From positions 1 through 64,000 of the forward strand of contig CAWKHF010000009.1 of the NCBI GenBank assembly GCA_963849325.1: DNA of 64,000 nucleotides. Direction: 5' to 3'. Shown piece by piece: positions 1 through 9,711 of this stretch. The translations under genes and the position numbers were made by a program. The notes below the pieces were generated by a model. The model was not told where the DNA came from, made no database searches, and was given only the letters and a program-made list of their open reading frames with translations. The first letter of the stretch is position 1, and each line of letters begins with the position of its first letter. Origin of the DNA: an uncultured Planctomycetota bacterium. Its GTDB lineage: Bacteria; Planctomycetota; Planctomycetia; Gemmatales; Gemmataceae.

Positions 1-643
1 TTGCAGCGTGGACGTCATCCGCTACCTGCAGAATGCCCGCTACGCCTGGTTGATGCCGTTGGTGCTGCGCGGCTCAAGGCCGACCACCCCAAGGGACCAT
101 CGGGCAGCCGGGTTTTCGCCGGCCGCAAGCGTAGCGGCTGGGCCGAGTACACGATGACCAACGCCGCCAAACGCCGGGCGCGGTTCCGGGTGTGTATCAA
201 GTGTCGCAACCGTCGCGGCGAGCGGGGGCGGCATGGCCGTGAGGCGTTGGTGTATGCCTTCGGCGGGCCGTTGCGTCCGTCGTCGTACACGTGGGTGAAG
301 GAGACGTATCGGAGTCGGTTCGCCATCGAGACGAGCTACCGTCAGATGCACCAAGCGCGGATTCGGACCTGCACGCGCGATCCGCTGCTGCGTTTGTTGT
401 ACGTGGGGGTGGCGTTGCTCTTGCGCAACGTCTGGGTGTGGTTGCATGGGCAGGTGTTGGCGCGTCGTCAGCGTGGCGGTCGGCGGATCAATCTGGGGCG
501 TTTGAGCTTTCGCAAGATGCTGGTGTGGTTGCAACACTGGGCCGAAGCACGCTTGGGTATCCACGATGAAATCGCCACGGAACATCGGATGTATGAATGA
601 GTTGGGGCATGGTATCATGATTCACACTCACCGGAAACTACTG
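1..643 (+). mobile_element. 3' part of an IS4-superfamily (ISH3-like) insertion sequence; transposase ORF 1..600
   Basis: DDE C-terminal motif YRSRFAIETSYRQMHQARIRT; ends in CTACTG (643), the reverse complement of a CAGTAG-type terminus; left end is outside the window. Confidence 0.7.
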
Positions 644-956
644 AGCATACCATCTGGCAAGAAAGCAACCTGCCCGACAAGACCGCTGGCTGTCTCCCTT
701 ATGTGCCAGCGCGGCGGCAGGATGGCAGCGAAGCAGGCCAACAAGGCAGCCGGCCCGCATGTCAGCATGTAGACACATCAGCAGGTTTTCCATGCGAGGT
801 GCTTGCGCTGCCTCGAAATCCTGATGACAAGCAAGCATGTCCGCAGATTTGCTTGGTTGCTGCTGCCAACTCCGACCGAGTTGCGATTCCCCGCTTCACC
901 GAGCGGTGAAAAAGCCGTCTGGCGGCTGGCCGGTGCCGCTGGAACGGTTCCATTCT

Positions 957-990
957 CCTTCGGCACGCCGAAGGGCATCAGTCTGTAGCT
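957..990 (+). other. candidate oriT/nic site
   Basis: Perfect hairpin CCTTCGGC-AC-GCCGAAGG followed by GCATCAGTCT^GTAGC, resembling R388 hairpin+TATTGTCT^ATAGC; 70 bp upstream of the relaxase. Confidence 0.5.
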
Positions 991-1001
991 TCATTGTCAC
1001 T

Positions 1002-1029
1002 TTGCTCCTGCTGATTTCCCGCGTACAAT
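1002..1029 (+). promoter_or_regulatory. putative sigma70 promoter of relaxase
   Basis: TTGCTC-16bp-TACAAT. Confidence 0.45.
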
Positions 1030-1057
1030 TGGGTAACGCATACCTGGATTGTCTCTT

Positions 1058-3778
1058 ATGCTCCGCATCCAACCTATCGCAGACGCCAAGGCAGCCGAGA
1101 GCTACTACTCGAAGTCCGACGGCGGCTATTACTTGCAAGCCGACGACCTCGGCCGCGAGTGGGGCGGCAAGGGTGCCGCCGCCCTCGGTCTGGCTGGTCC
1201 GCCGGACTACGAGCAGTTCAAGCGTCTCATCCACGGACTCGACCCGCACACCGGCGAGCAGCTCACGGCCAAGCTGGTCGAACACCGCATCCCGGCCTGG
1301 GACGTGAACCTGCACTGTTCCAAGGGCGTCACCGTGGCCCTGGAACGCGGCGATACGAGGATTCAGGGGGCGTTCTGGGAAGCGGTGCGGGAGGCGATAG
1401 CCGACATCGAGACGCTGGCGACCACGCGGGTCCGCAAGGGCGGCAAGCAGGAAGACCGCGTGACCGGCAATCTCGTCTGGTACGCCGTCGAGCATCCCGA
1501 GACGCGGCCGGCCAAGGAGGACAAGATGCCGGACCCCCACCGCCACGTTCACGTTGTCGTCTTCAACCTGACCTACGACAAGACCGAGGGCGAGTGGAAG
1601 GCGGTCAAGTTCCGGCCGATCATGGACCTACGCAAGTATTTCGACCGCCGCTTCAACCAGCGCTTCGCCCACAAGCTGGTGGACTTGGGCTATGAGGTTG
1701 AAGCGAAGTGGAAGGCGGACGGTAAGGGTGGCCGCAAGTACGAGGGCTGGGACATCCAGGGGATACCGGCCTCGGTGGTCAAGAAGTTCTCGCGGCGTTC
1801 AGCGGAAGTGGAGAAGCTGGCGGCCGACCTCGGCATCGAGGACGCGCGGGCCAAGGACCGGCTGGGGGCGACTTCGCGGCTGCACAAGCGGAAGGGGCTG
1901 ACACTGGAGGACTACCGCCAATACTGGCTCGGCCGCATGACGCCGGAGGAAGACAAGCAGGTCGAGGAGGCGATCCAGGCGGCGCTCGCGGGCGAGAACA
2001 GTCGCCCGACCAATAACGCCGACAAGGCGGTTACTTACGCCCTTCAGCACCATTTCGAGCGGCAATCCGTGGTCGATTACCACGACTTGGCCGTGACCGC
2101 GATGGAGCGGAGCATGGGCGCGGCGCTGCCCGACGACATCTTGCCCGAAGCGAAGAAGCAAGGTGTCCTGATGCGGGACGGGCAGGCCACGACGAAGGAA
2201 GTGTTGGCCGAGGAGGGCCGCGTCATCGCCTTTGCCCGCGACGGCCGAGGGACGTGCCGGTCGCTGGGTTCGCCGCACGGCGAATCCGAGCCGAATCTCA
2301 AGGGGTTGAGTGCTGAACAGCAGGCGGCCGTCCGGCACGTCTGGGAATCGCCGGATCGGGTGCTACTGATTCGTGGCGGTGCCGGTACGGGCAAGACGAG
2401 GATGATGCGGCAGGCCGTCGACGGCATCGAGAGGCCGGTGGTCGTCCTGGCCCCCTCGGCGGACGCCAGCCGGAAAACGCTGCGCGCGGAAGGGTTCCAG
2501 GAAGCGGACACGGTGGCCCGCTTCCTCATCGACGAGAAGTTCCAGCAGGAGGCGCGGGACGGCGTTATCTGGGTGGACGAGGCCGGACTGCTCGGCATCC
2601 GGCAGCTGGCCCAGGTCTTTGACAAAGCAAAGGAATTGAACGCCCGCGTCATCCTCCAGGGCGACCGCAAGCAGCACGGCAGCGTCGAACGCGGGGCGGC
2701 GCTGCGCGTGCTGGAGGAGTTCGCCGGCCTGCCGGTCTCCCAGCTCAAGGAAATCCGCCGGCAAGAGCATCAGGAGTACAAGCGTGCCGTGGCGGCCATC
2801 GATGACGGCAAGCTGCTGGACGCCTACGACATTCTCGCCAAGCTCGGTTGGGTCAAACAGACGCCGGCCTTCGACCACAACCGGCCGCTGGTCGAGGATT
2901 ACCTGCAAGCCATTCAGGAGAAGCGGGCCGACGGCAAAAAGTCCGAAGTCCTGATCGTGGCCCCGACGCACCAAGAAGGCGACGAAATCACGGCGGAGCT
3001 TCGCAAGCGGCTGAAAGAGAAGGGCCTTCTCGGCACCAACGAGCGGGTGTTCCAGACGCTCAAACCGCTGGGCTGGACGGAGGCGGAACGCGGCGATCCG
3101 TCGCGGTATGCCGGCGATGAGGTCATTCGCTTTGTCCGCAACTCCGGCCCCTACCGGGCGGGGGAGCAGGTGGAAGCCACCGACTTGCAGGCCCAGCGCT
3201 GTCGGCCCGCCCACTTTGCCGTCTACGGCCGTAGCGAAACCACCGTCGCTGCCGGTGACGTGATCCGCATCACGGCCAAGGGCAAGACCAAGGACGGCAA
3301 GCACCGGCTGGAGAACGGTTCGATCTATCGGGTCGCCGGCTTCACGGCGGGCGATGACATCGTGCTGGCCAACGGCTGGGTAATTGCCAAGGATTTCGGG
3401 GGCTTAACGCACGGTTACACGGCTACGAGCCACGCCAGCCAGGGCAAGACGGTGCATCGTGTGCTGATCGCAATGGGCCACGAGAGCCGGCCGGCCATGA
3501 ACGCCCAGCAGTTCTACGTCTCCGTGTCGCGGGCACGCGAGAAGGCCACGATCTATACCGACATGGCGCCGGCCGTGCTTCGGGAGTCGATCCAGCGGAG
3601 CGACCCCCGCCTGTCGGCGACCGAGCTGATGGGGCAGGCGACACCCACGCCCACGCTGAAAGAGAAGACGCGGAAGTTCGTCAAGAGAGTGCAGGCAACG
3701 TATCGACAGTTGCGCGAGAAAGCGACTGAGTTCATAATGGGAAACAGGAAAGACAGAGAGGTAGGCCATGAACGGTAA
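1058..3778 (+). CDS. MobF (TrwC/TraI-type) relaxase-helicase
   Basis: Starts MLRI; catalytic YY..GGYY; HUH motif DPHRHVH; SF1 helicase motifs GGAGTGKT, VDEAG, GDRKQ, HGYTATSHASQG, YVSVSR. Confidence 0.95.
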   Translation: MLRIQPIADAKAAESYYSKSDGGYYLQADDLGREWGGKGAAALGLAGPPDYEQFKRLIHGLDPHTGEQLTAKLVEHRIPAWDVNLHCSKGVTVALERGDTRIQGAFWEAVREAIADIETLATTRVRKGGKQEDRVTGNLVWYAVEHPETRPAKEDKMPDPHRHVHVVVFNLTYDKTEGEWKAVKFRPIMDLRKYFDRRFNQRFAHKLVDLGYEVEAKWKADGKGGRKYEGWDIQGIPASVVKKFSRRSAEVEKLAADLGIEDARAKDRLGATSRLHKRKGLTLEDYRQYWLGRMTPEEDKQVEEAIQAALAGENSRPTNNADKAVTYALQHHFERQSVVDYHDLAVTAMERSMGAALPDDILPEAKKQGVLMRDGQATTKEVLAEEGRVIAFARDGRGTCRSLGSPHGESEPNLKGLSAEQQAAVRHVWESPDRVLLIRGGAGTGKTRMMRQAVDGIERPVVVLAPSADASRKTLRAEGFQEADTVARFLIDEKFQQEARDGVIWVDEAGLLGIRQLAQVFDKAKELNARVILQGDRKQHGSVERGAALRVLEEFAGLPVSQLKEIRRQEHQEYKRAVAAIDDGKLLDAYDILAKLGWVKQTPAFDHNRPLVEDYLQAIQEKRADGKKSEVLIVAPTHQEGDEITAELRKRLKEKGLLGTNERVFQTLKPLGWTEAERGDPSRYAGDEVIRFVRNSGPYRAGEQVEATDLQAQRCRPAHFAVYGRSETTVAAGDVIRITAKGKTKDGKHRLENGSIYRVAGFTAGDDIVLANGWVIAKDFGGLTHGYTATSHASQGKTVHRVLIAMGHESRPAMNAQQFYVSVSRAREKATIYTDMAPAVLRESIQRSDPRLSATELMGQATPTPTLKEKTRKFVKRVQATYRQLREKATEFIMGNRKDREVGHER

Positions 3779-4199
3779 ATCCTTTACGGACACCCTGAAA
3801 GAAGTCCAGAGCCGCAGCGCAAGCCAGGCGGACACGGCGGCGGACCAACTTGCTCCCGATTTGGTGGACCTCGACGGCGCCTACCAGGCCCACGCGCGGC
3901 CGTCCAACAAGTCGGTCCAGTCCATCCACTTTCTGTTGGGCAAGGAGGGCGTGCGGTCGTTCCAGTACGTCCATCTGGACTCGGACAGCCAGTTCCGCAC
4001 CGGGAACAGCGGCCAGGTCATCGTGGTGCGGTTCGCCGGGCTGAAGTCGGTGCAGGTGACGATTCGGGGCCGGAACCTGTGGCGGCTGTACGACTATCTG
4101 CACCAGCACCGGATGCCGTGGATCATGCGGGCGGATCGGGACTTCGCCGCCGACAAAGAGCCGATCATCACGGCCATCGACTTCGAGGACGTGGTGTAG
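3768..4199 (+). CDS. hypothetical protein coupled to relaxase
   Basis: Overlaps relaxase stop; RBS GAGGT; GC3-rich codons. Confidence 0.75.
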   Translation: MNGKSFTDTLKEVQSRSASQADTAADQLAPDLVDLDGAYQAHARPSNKSVQSIHFLLGKEGVRSFQYVHLDSDSQFRTGNSGQVIVVRFAGLKSVQVTIRGRNLWRLYDYLHQHRMPWIMRADRDFAADKEPIITAIDFEDVV

Positions 4200-4228
4200 G
4201 GCGTTGGCGGCGGTCATGGTGCGGCCTC

Positions 4229-4567
4229 CTACTCGTCGCTTTCGAGGTCCGGTTCGTCCGGCCCCGGAATGTGGACCAGGATGTCCACCCCTTCGGGTGC
4301 GGGGACCGTGCTGAGGAGGTAGCCGATGCGGTTGACGAAATGGAAGCCGCTGACGACGTATTGGTCGCCGTCGTCGCCGTCCACGAAGGTCCAGACGGTG
4401 CGTGGGTCTTGCTGCCGCACGAAGGCGAGTTCTTCGCCGTAGGTCTCGAAGAGGCAGCCGCCGTCGTCATCGAACCCCCAGCTGGCGTGGGGGTTCAGGT
4501 GGTTCCGCCGCAGCGGGAAGCGGGCGTCGAACTCGTCCTCGGTCATCTCGATCAGGGGATCGGTCAT
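4229..4567 (-). CDS. hypothetical protein (MGE-associated, acidic)
   Basis: RBS AAGGA; clean ORF with FETYGEEL and SGFHFVNRIGY segments. Confidence 0.75.
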   Translation of the reverse strand: MTDPLIEMTEDEFDARFPLRRNHLNPHASWGFDDDGGCLFETYGEELAFVRQQDPRTVWTFVDGDDGDQYVVSGFHFVNRIGYLLSTVPAPEGVDILVHIPGPDEPDLESDE

Positions 4568-4585
4568 GGGCCATGTCCTTTCCGG

Positions 4586-4747
4586 TTAGTTGTGGTTGAA
4601 GGTGAGGCGGAGTTCGGCGAACTGGCGTTCCAGCTCCTCCATGTCGGCGTCGAAGGCCGGGTCGATGCCAGCGTCGGCGTAACTGTTCGAGCGTGGACGG
4701 TGAGCTGGTAGCAGATGTCGGCGGTGTAGTGAGTTGAGCGTAGTCAT
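4586..4747 (-). CDS. small hypothetical protein
   Basis: RBS GAAAGGA before ATG; lies in the leftward operon. Confidence 0.55.
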   Translation of the reverse strand: MTTLNSLHRRHLLPAHRPRSNSYADAGIDPAFDADMEELERQFAELRLTFNHN

Positions 4748-4749
4748 AT

Positions 4750-5473
4750 CTGATTCCTTTCCTTGGGGGGCGGGCACGTCGGCCCGCCCGGTTGATGTTG
4801 CTTACTTCTGGTCCTGGACGCGGATGGTGACGCGGCCGCTGAGGGGCACCACGTCGAAGAGGATGTCGAAGCCCTTGCCGTCCTTGTGCGGGAAGGCGAC
4901 CCCGATCTCGGTCCATTTGGACTCCTTGCCCTCGCGCTCGCGGATCGAGTAGGCGGTGTGGCTCGGCTTTTTGGTGGCTTTGCTGCCGTTTTCCGTGTTC
5001 GTGTTCTCAGACATTTGCTTTCTCCTTTTGCTTCTGAGGCCGCGCCCTCGCGGCCTTTCCGGGGATGCGCCCCAAGCCCGGCCAGCCGACCTTGGACACC
5101 ACAAGCGGAAAAGCCGAAGGTTCACGCTTTGAAAATCCACAATTCAATGTCGTGAAAGCGGCTTTTCTGCTTGCCAAGGGCGGCGACGGGTTTAGCAACC
5201 CCGACCCGAAAGGCCGTATGGCGCCGGCGAAGGAATAGGTCGAAAAGGAGAGAGTGGCCTGAGTACGAAACGGAACGGCAGTGCTACCGAAACAAGCCAG
5301 CCTGCGATCAGGATCGCGAGCCAGTGGCAGGAGTATGGCCGCAGAGGGGGCTTGCTGGATAGGACGGCCAGGGCGAGAGGGGACATGCTTCGGTCTGCCC
5401 GGCCGTGTCCGGCAGTGGGTGGATCAGAAAAACATCAACGCGGGCAGACAGGCAGCCCGCGCGAAGGAATCAG
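4750..5473 (+). repeat. ~720-nt imperfect inverted repeat (rod-like fold-back), apex ~5138
   Basis: Collinear complementary blocks 4750-59/5464-73, 4791-99/5431-39, 4806-14/5421-29, 4877-84/5361-68, 5018-29/5243-54, 5090-95/5174-79, 5102-16/5159-73. Confidence 0.9.
4802..5014 (-). CDS. small SSB/OB-fold-like (DUF736-like) protein, paralog 1
   Basis: WTEIGVAFPHKDGKGFDILFDVVPLSGRVTIR; RBS AAGGAG; paralog of 11168..11377. Confidence 0.7.
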   Translation of the reverse strand: MSENTNTENGSKATKKPSHTAYSIREREGKESKWTEIGVAFPHKDGKGFDILFDVVPLSGRVTIRVQDQK

Positions 5474-5579
5474 CGTCATCGCAACAGGGAATCAGCGACC
5501 GACTGGCTGCGTTTCCAGCCGATCATCGCGGTCATCGCCGTTGAGAGGGCAGTATCGCAGGGACGGACCTTCGCGGGAG

Positions 5580-5786
5580 CTACCTTCCCCGCTCATGGTT
5601 GCCACGCTGGCGGGCACGGACGGCCCAGAGCGCCGCACACGGCATGGCCCTGCGGCGGATCTGTGGGTCGCGTTCCGCCTTCCGCACGGCCTCGGCGGGA
5701 CTATCGGCCTCGACAGTCCCCAAGAGCGGATCGCCCAATTCACGGGCCAATTCACGCGATTCGTAGTGAATATCGTATGTGGACAT
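5580..5786 (-). CDS. small hypothetical protein
   Basis: ATG directly after the upstream ORF; plausible composition. Confidence 0.55.
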   Translation of the reverse strand: MSTYDIHYESRELARELGDPLLGTVEADSPAEAVRKAERDPQIRRRAMPCAALWAVRARQRGNHERGR

Positions 5787-5789
5787 GGC

Positions 5790-6032
5790 TCAGCTCATTT
5801 CTTGACCCGCCGCGTCCACTTGCCTTCCGGCTGGGGCACCGTCTCCGCACCCTGGGCACCGCTGCTGCCCGTGATCGCCTCCCGCGTCAGCACGTCCAGG
5901 TAGGCCAACGCCAGCCGGTAGAGCAGGCGCTCTTTCCAGTTCCCGTGCTTGGCCATCCAGCGGCTCTTGTCCAGGAACGCCGCCAGGAACGCGACGTTCA
6001 GGGGAGGATCGGGCGGCAGGTGAGTCGGTCAT
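5790..6032 (-). CDS. hypothetical protein, probably frameshifted
   Basis: Alternative frame reads LNVAFLAAFLDKSRWMAKHGNWKERLLYRLALAYLDVL. Confidence 0.4.
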   Translation of the reverse strand: MTDSPAARSSPERRVPGGVPGQEPLDGQARELERAPALPAGVGLPGRADAGGDHGQQRCPGCGDGAPAGRQVDAAGQEMS

Positions 6033-6094
6033 ATCCGTTCCGGCAGCCTCACGCCGTCCGGGTGAAGTGTCCAGAGCGATGGGGTCATCCGCCG

Positions 6095-6166
6095 ACCCTA
6101 CGCGCATTTCCCCGCACAAGTCAAGCGTTTTGATTGCTTGCGCGTCTCTCCAATTCGCGCTACGCT
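6095..6166. promoter_or_regulatory. putative divergent sigma70 promoters
   Basis: Minus strand TTGACT-18-TAGGGT (6124..6095); plus strand TTGCGC-17-TACGCT (6138..6166). Confidence 0.45.
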
Positions 6167-6226
6167 CGGTCTGTTACGTCCTCGGATGTTCGCACTTCTC
6201 CGTCGCAGTTCCGAAAGGAGAGTAAC

Positions 6227-6877
6227 GTGACTTGGAGTGTTCGACCGCTCCTGGTACAGGGAAATCGGAAGATAGGGGAAGCCATTCACCACTTCGATCT
6301 CCCGGCGGTCAAAACGTGCCCTGGTCGTTCATCGACCTGTGAGCGCGTGTGCTACGCTCAGACCGGCCACTACGCTTTCGCCTCGGTGAAAGAGCGGTTG
6401 GCCTGGTGTCACAAGCAGTCCCTGCGGGCCGACTTCGCCCAGCGGGTGATTGCCGAGATCAAACGCAAGGGAGTCCTCGTCTTGAGGCTCCACTGTAGCG
6501 GCGACTTTTACAGCGCCGACTACGCGCGGAAGTGGCTGGAAATCATGCGCCACTGTCCCAAGGTCCGCTTCTACCTCTATTCGCGGTCGTGGCGGGTCGA
6601 GGACATCGCTGGGGTGCTGGAAGAGATGGCGGCATTGCGGTGCTGCCGGGTCTGGTACAGCATCGACCGCGAGACCGGCGTTCCGGCCAAGGTTCCCGTC
6701 GGTGTCCGCCTGGCCTACTTGCAGGTGGATATGGACGAAGAACCGGAGCTTTTGGACCTGCTGTTCGTGGTCCGCAAGGTTCGGCGTCACGCCCAGCGCG
6801 TTGGTCTGCCTTTGTTATGCCCTCATCAGGCGAACAAGGCGGAAAACTGCGGCTCTTGTGGTCGCTGCTATAACTGA
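6227..6877 (+). CDS. GP88-like Cys-rich protein
   Basis: GNRKIG..FDLPAVKTCPG..C...CYA, RLHCSGDFYS, C-terminal CP..CGSCGRC; GTG after AAGGAG. Confidence 0.75.
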   Translation: MTWSVRPLLVQGNRKIGEAIHHFDLPAVKTCPGRSSTCERVCYAQTGHYAFASVKERLAWCHKQSLRADFAQRVIAEIKRKGVLVLRLHCSGDFYSADYARKWLEIMRHCPKVRFYLYSRSWRVEDIAGVLEEMAALRCCRVWYSIDRETGVPAKVPVGVRLAYLQVDMDEEPELLDLLFVVRKVRRHAQRVGLPLLCPHQANKAENCGSCGRCYN

Positions 6878-6883
6878 CTCTTT

Positions 6884-6918
6884 GGCTCCCTCGCTACGTG
6901 CGAAGGAGCCTTTTTTTG
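6884..6918 (+). terminator. intrinsic terminator
   Basis: GGCTCCCTCGC..GCGAAGGAGCC followed by T8. Confidence 0.7.
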
Positions 6919-6940
6919 GTGGGAGATGGAGTAGACGGAG

Positions 6941-7381
6941 TTAGAAGGGGACGCTCTGGCTGGCGGCGATGCCCTTGCTCTGGCGCACCATGTCGGCGGT
7001 TTCCTTGTAGAGTCGTTCGGCCTCGATGCGGGTCCGCATGGCGCTGTCCTCGTGGATCGGCTTGGTCCAGACCTTATCGTGGCTGCTGTAGCGGTAGCCG
7101 TTCTCTTTGAGCTTGTCGATCACCTCTTGCGGCGGCTTGTCGTCGAAGCCGATTTCAACACGCCGATTCATGCGGCTCTGTCGCAGGTGGACGCCGGCGA
7201 GGTAGTCGCTGGCGACCCCGAAGGGATCGGGGGCGAATTTACGTTTGGGCGGCTCGGAATCGTCGCCGGGCTGCCGTTCCTGCGTAGGTGGCGTGGCGGT
7301 CGCCGTGGAGTTGTTGACTTCGGAACTCGACGCTTGGGCGGTGTCGCTCGCCGGTTCGTCGGGGGATTTGCGTTTGGGCAT
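6941..7381 (-). CDS. hypothetical protein
   Basis: RBS AGGAGG; clean ORF ending VPF. Confidence 0.8.
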   Translation of the reverse strand: MPKRKSPDEPASDTAQASSSEVNNSTATATPPTQERQPGDDSEPPKRKFAPDPFGVASDYLAGVHLRQSRMNRRVEIGFDDKPPQEVIDKLKENGYRYSSHDKVWTKPIHEDSAMRTRIEAERLYKETADMVRQSKGIAASQSVPF

Positions 7382-7426
7382 AGGGCCTCCTTGCTGGTTG
7401 AAGCGGCCCATCCTCGGGCCTTGTCA

Positions 7427-7455
7427 ACCATAGCGCGAAATCCGGTTAATGTCAA
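7427..7455 (-). promoter_or_regulatory. near-consensus sigma70 promoter embedded in palindromes
   Basis: TTGACA-17bp-TATGGT; the -35 sits at the centre of palindrome 7436-7468. Confidence 0.65.
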
Positions 7456-7904
7456 TTAACTGGTTTCGTCCGCTCCCAGAGCAGCTTGGGCTGAAGCGGG
7501 TGCTGGTCCGCTCGGAGCCTGCCCTTGCGGCTCCACGAACCGCCTCCACGCGGGCCGATCAACTGCCAGCCAGCAGCCCGCAGGCTGGCCCCACCCTCAT
7601 CGGGGAGCGTGTACGTCCCGATCCGCCGATAGCCGAGGGCGAACGCCGCCCGCGCCGCACGCGCCGTAGAGAAACGAGCAGCAGTTACGACTGCCAAGGG
7701 TGCAGAGGCGCGTCACTTCCAGGGTCAAGCCATCGTCGCGGAGCCGGGACACGGGCCGGCCGATGATAGCCACGCCGACAACCTTCCCGTCCTGGACGGC
7801 GGCCAGCGAGAACTTGTGACCGACGACGGGCCGGTGGTGCGGTGGTGTCGCTGGACGAAGGCGTTGGCCTCGGCCAGCGAGAGGGGCAGTAACTCCAGCG
7901 GCAT
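7452..7904 (-). CDS. XF1762-family-like protein (frameshifted)
   Basis: Across frames: PLSLAEANAFV..HRPVVGHKFS; GYRRIGTYTLPDEGGASLRAAGW. Confidence 0.65.
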
Positions 7905-7922
7905 GGGCGTGGCTCTGCCGCT

Positions 7923-8766
7923 TCAGTCATGGCAGAAGCACTCGGCCAGGCCGTCCCGCTCGCCGAAGTCCAGATCCCGCTGACGCTCGACCGCCTCACG
8001 CAGCTGCCGGTAGCTGGGACGGTCCTTGCGGAAGAAGGCGCCGAGCGGCTTGGACGGCCGGGCCTCTTCCTCCATCCTGATCCACCAGTCGGCCAGCGAC
8101 GGATCGTACCGCAACAGAGCGGAGATAGTCTTCGCGGACTTGAGGAAGCAGAGGTCGCAGTTGCCGGCCGGGGTCTTGCCACCGATGTTCGGCAGAGCGA
8201 GGTCGAAGGGTTGCTCCGCCCAGAACGCCGCGATCATCTCCTTCGTCACGCCGGCGTCGTAGAGGGGTGCGGTCGTCTCCCAGCGTTCGCGCTGGTCCTT
8301 GATCTTGGCGACGCGGCGGGCTTCGTCAAAGCGTAGGCCGATGGCGTTGGTCCAATGCTCCCAACCCAGCGAGCGGGCGTAGTCGCGCATCACGCGGATT
8401 TTCAAGGTCGTCGTGCAGAACCGCGTGACCGGGTTGGGCAGGTACTTCCGCTCGCGGAGCAACGCCTCGTAGGGTTCGCCTTGGCGGCTGGCGCTCGCTG
8501 TGGTCCACGATGCGGAACTTCCGCTGCGCTTCCCCGGTCGGATCGTACTCCAGCCAGACGATGGGGACGTTCCAGCGCTGGCCGCAGTCGCGGACGAAAT
8601 CGAGCGTCTGCGGCATCTCCTTGCCGGTGTTGGCGAAACAGGCGATGACGTTGTCCGGCAGCGTGCCGCCGTAGGCGTCGAGGACGTGCTTGAGGAGGTA
8701 GGCCGACGTGCGGCCGCCGCTGAAGGAGATCAGGGCGGGGCCTTCGATCCGGTAGGGGTCAGTCAT
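7923..8766 (-). CDS. PAPS reductase-family / PP-loop adenine nucleotide alpha hydrolase (one frameshift near 8500)
   Basis: SFSGGRTSAYL, FANTGKE, RFCTTTLKI, IGLRFDE, GNCDLCFLK. Confidence 0.85.
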
Positions 8767-8920
8767 GGGGCGATTCCTTTCGCTTTTCGGTTTCGTACAG
8801 CTTGTAGGCCCGCTGGCGAGTTAGCTCCGGATCGGGCCAGCCACCCTGCGCCGCCGCCTGCTCGACGAAGGCGACGAGGACGCAGTGATGGAAAAGGTCG
8901 GTGAAGAGGTCCGTGGTCAT
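8759..8920 (-). CDS. small hypothetical protein
   Basis: ATGA-coupled within the operon. Confidence 0.6.
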   Translation of the reverse strand: MTTDLFTDLFHHCVLVAFVEQAAAQGGWPDPELTRQRAYKLYETEKRKESPHD

Positions 8921-9261
8921 GCGGCGAGCGCCCTGGCGACGAGGGCACGGCCGCGAACGAAGGCTTCCGGCTCGTCCAGGTTGCGTACCATTGCCGGCTG
9001 GGTGTCCCACCACCAGATGCAGGCCATGAGGGCGTGCAGCAGCTCGCGGGCCGTGGGTCCGCCCGTGATGCGGGCCAGCACCTCCTCGGCCAATTGCCGC
9101 GTCTTGAAGTCGCCGATGCACTCCAGCCCTTGGCCGGGGATGTGGCCGTACAGGCTCCAGAAGTGGGCCTCGTCGTCGGGAACCGTCTCGCAGTAGCGGT
9201 TGCCGTGTAGGTCGGTGAATTCGGCGACGCCGTGGATTTCGTAATCGTCAAAGGCTTTCAT
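8917..9261 (-). CDS. hypothetical protein
   Basis: ATGA-coupled; RBS GGAGGAG; WSLYGH..ECIGDF. Confidence 0.7.
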   Translation of the reverse strand: MKAFDDYEIHGVAEFTDLHGNRYCETVPDDEAHFWSLYGHIPGQGLECIGDFKTRQLAEEVLARITGGPTARELLHALMACIWWWDTQPAMVRNLDEPEAFVRGRALVARALAA

Positions 9262-9711
9262 GGTTGGTCTCCTCCGTGGTTGGTTGTTGCAATGGTCATG
9301 CGTACTTCACTCCGGTACTCCTCGAAGGCATGGGAGGCGTAGCACGAGATTCGCTCGGACGCTTCGTGGATGATGGCGACCATCAAGTCCAGGTAGTCGG
9401 ACTTTTCCGGGCCGCCGATCTCCTCGGCGTCCTGCATGGCGGTCAGCACCTGCGCGAAGATCCCCCGGCCGGGGTACGCCAGTTCCGACGCCTCCGCGTT
9501 CTGCGCTTGGCCGAGGAGTTCCTCACCCCAGGCCCGGCGCCGATCTTCGGCGGCGGCGAGGCCGGCCTGGAAAGCGGCCTCCAGCGCCTGCTCGATGCTC
9601 CAGACGGCCAGGTCGTGGAAGTCGAGCCGATCCGATTGGCGGCTAGTCGAGCGTGTCGATGGCCAGATGCTTTCTCGCAATGTCCGCGAGGATCGCCTTA
9701 TTCGTTTCCAT
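9258..9711 (-). CDS. DUF6900-like protein (frameshift near N-terminus)
   Basis: IARKHLAIDTL / SDRLDFHDLAVWSIEQALEAAFQAG. Confidence 0.6.

Noticed and set aside
700-900. GCATGT/GCAAG short repeats and weak fold-back upstream of oriT
   Set aside because: Could be accessory-protein binding sites, but blocks are too short to distinguish from chance by eye
5171-5560. Short ORFs in the right arm of rod 1
   Set aside because: No consistent frame or motifs; the sequence is explained as a gapped inverted copy of the neighbouring gene
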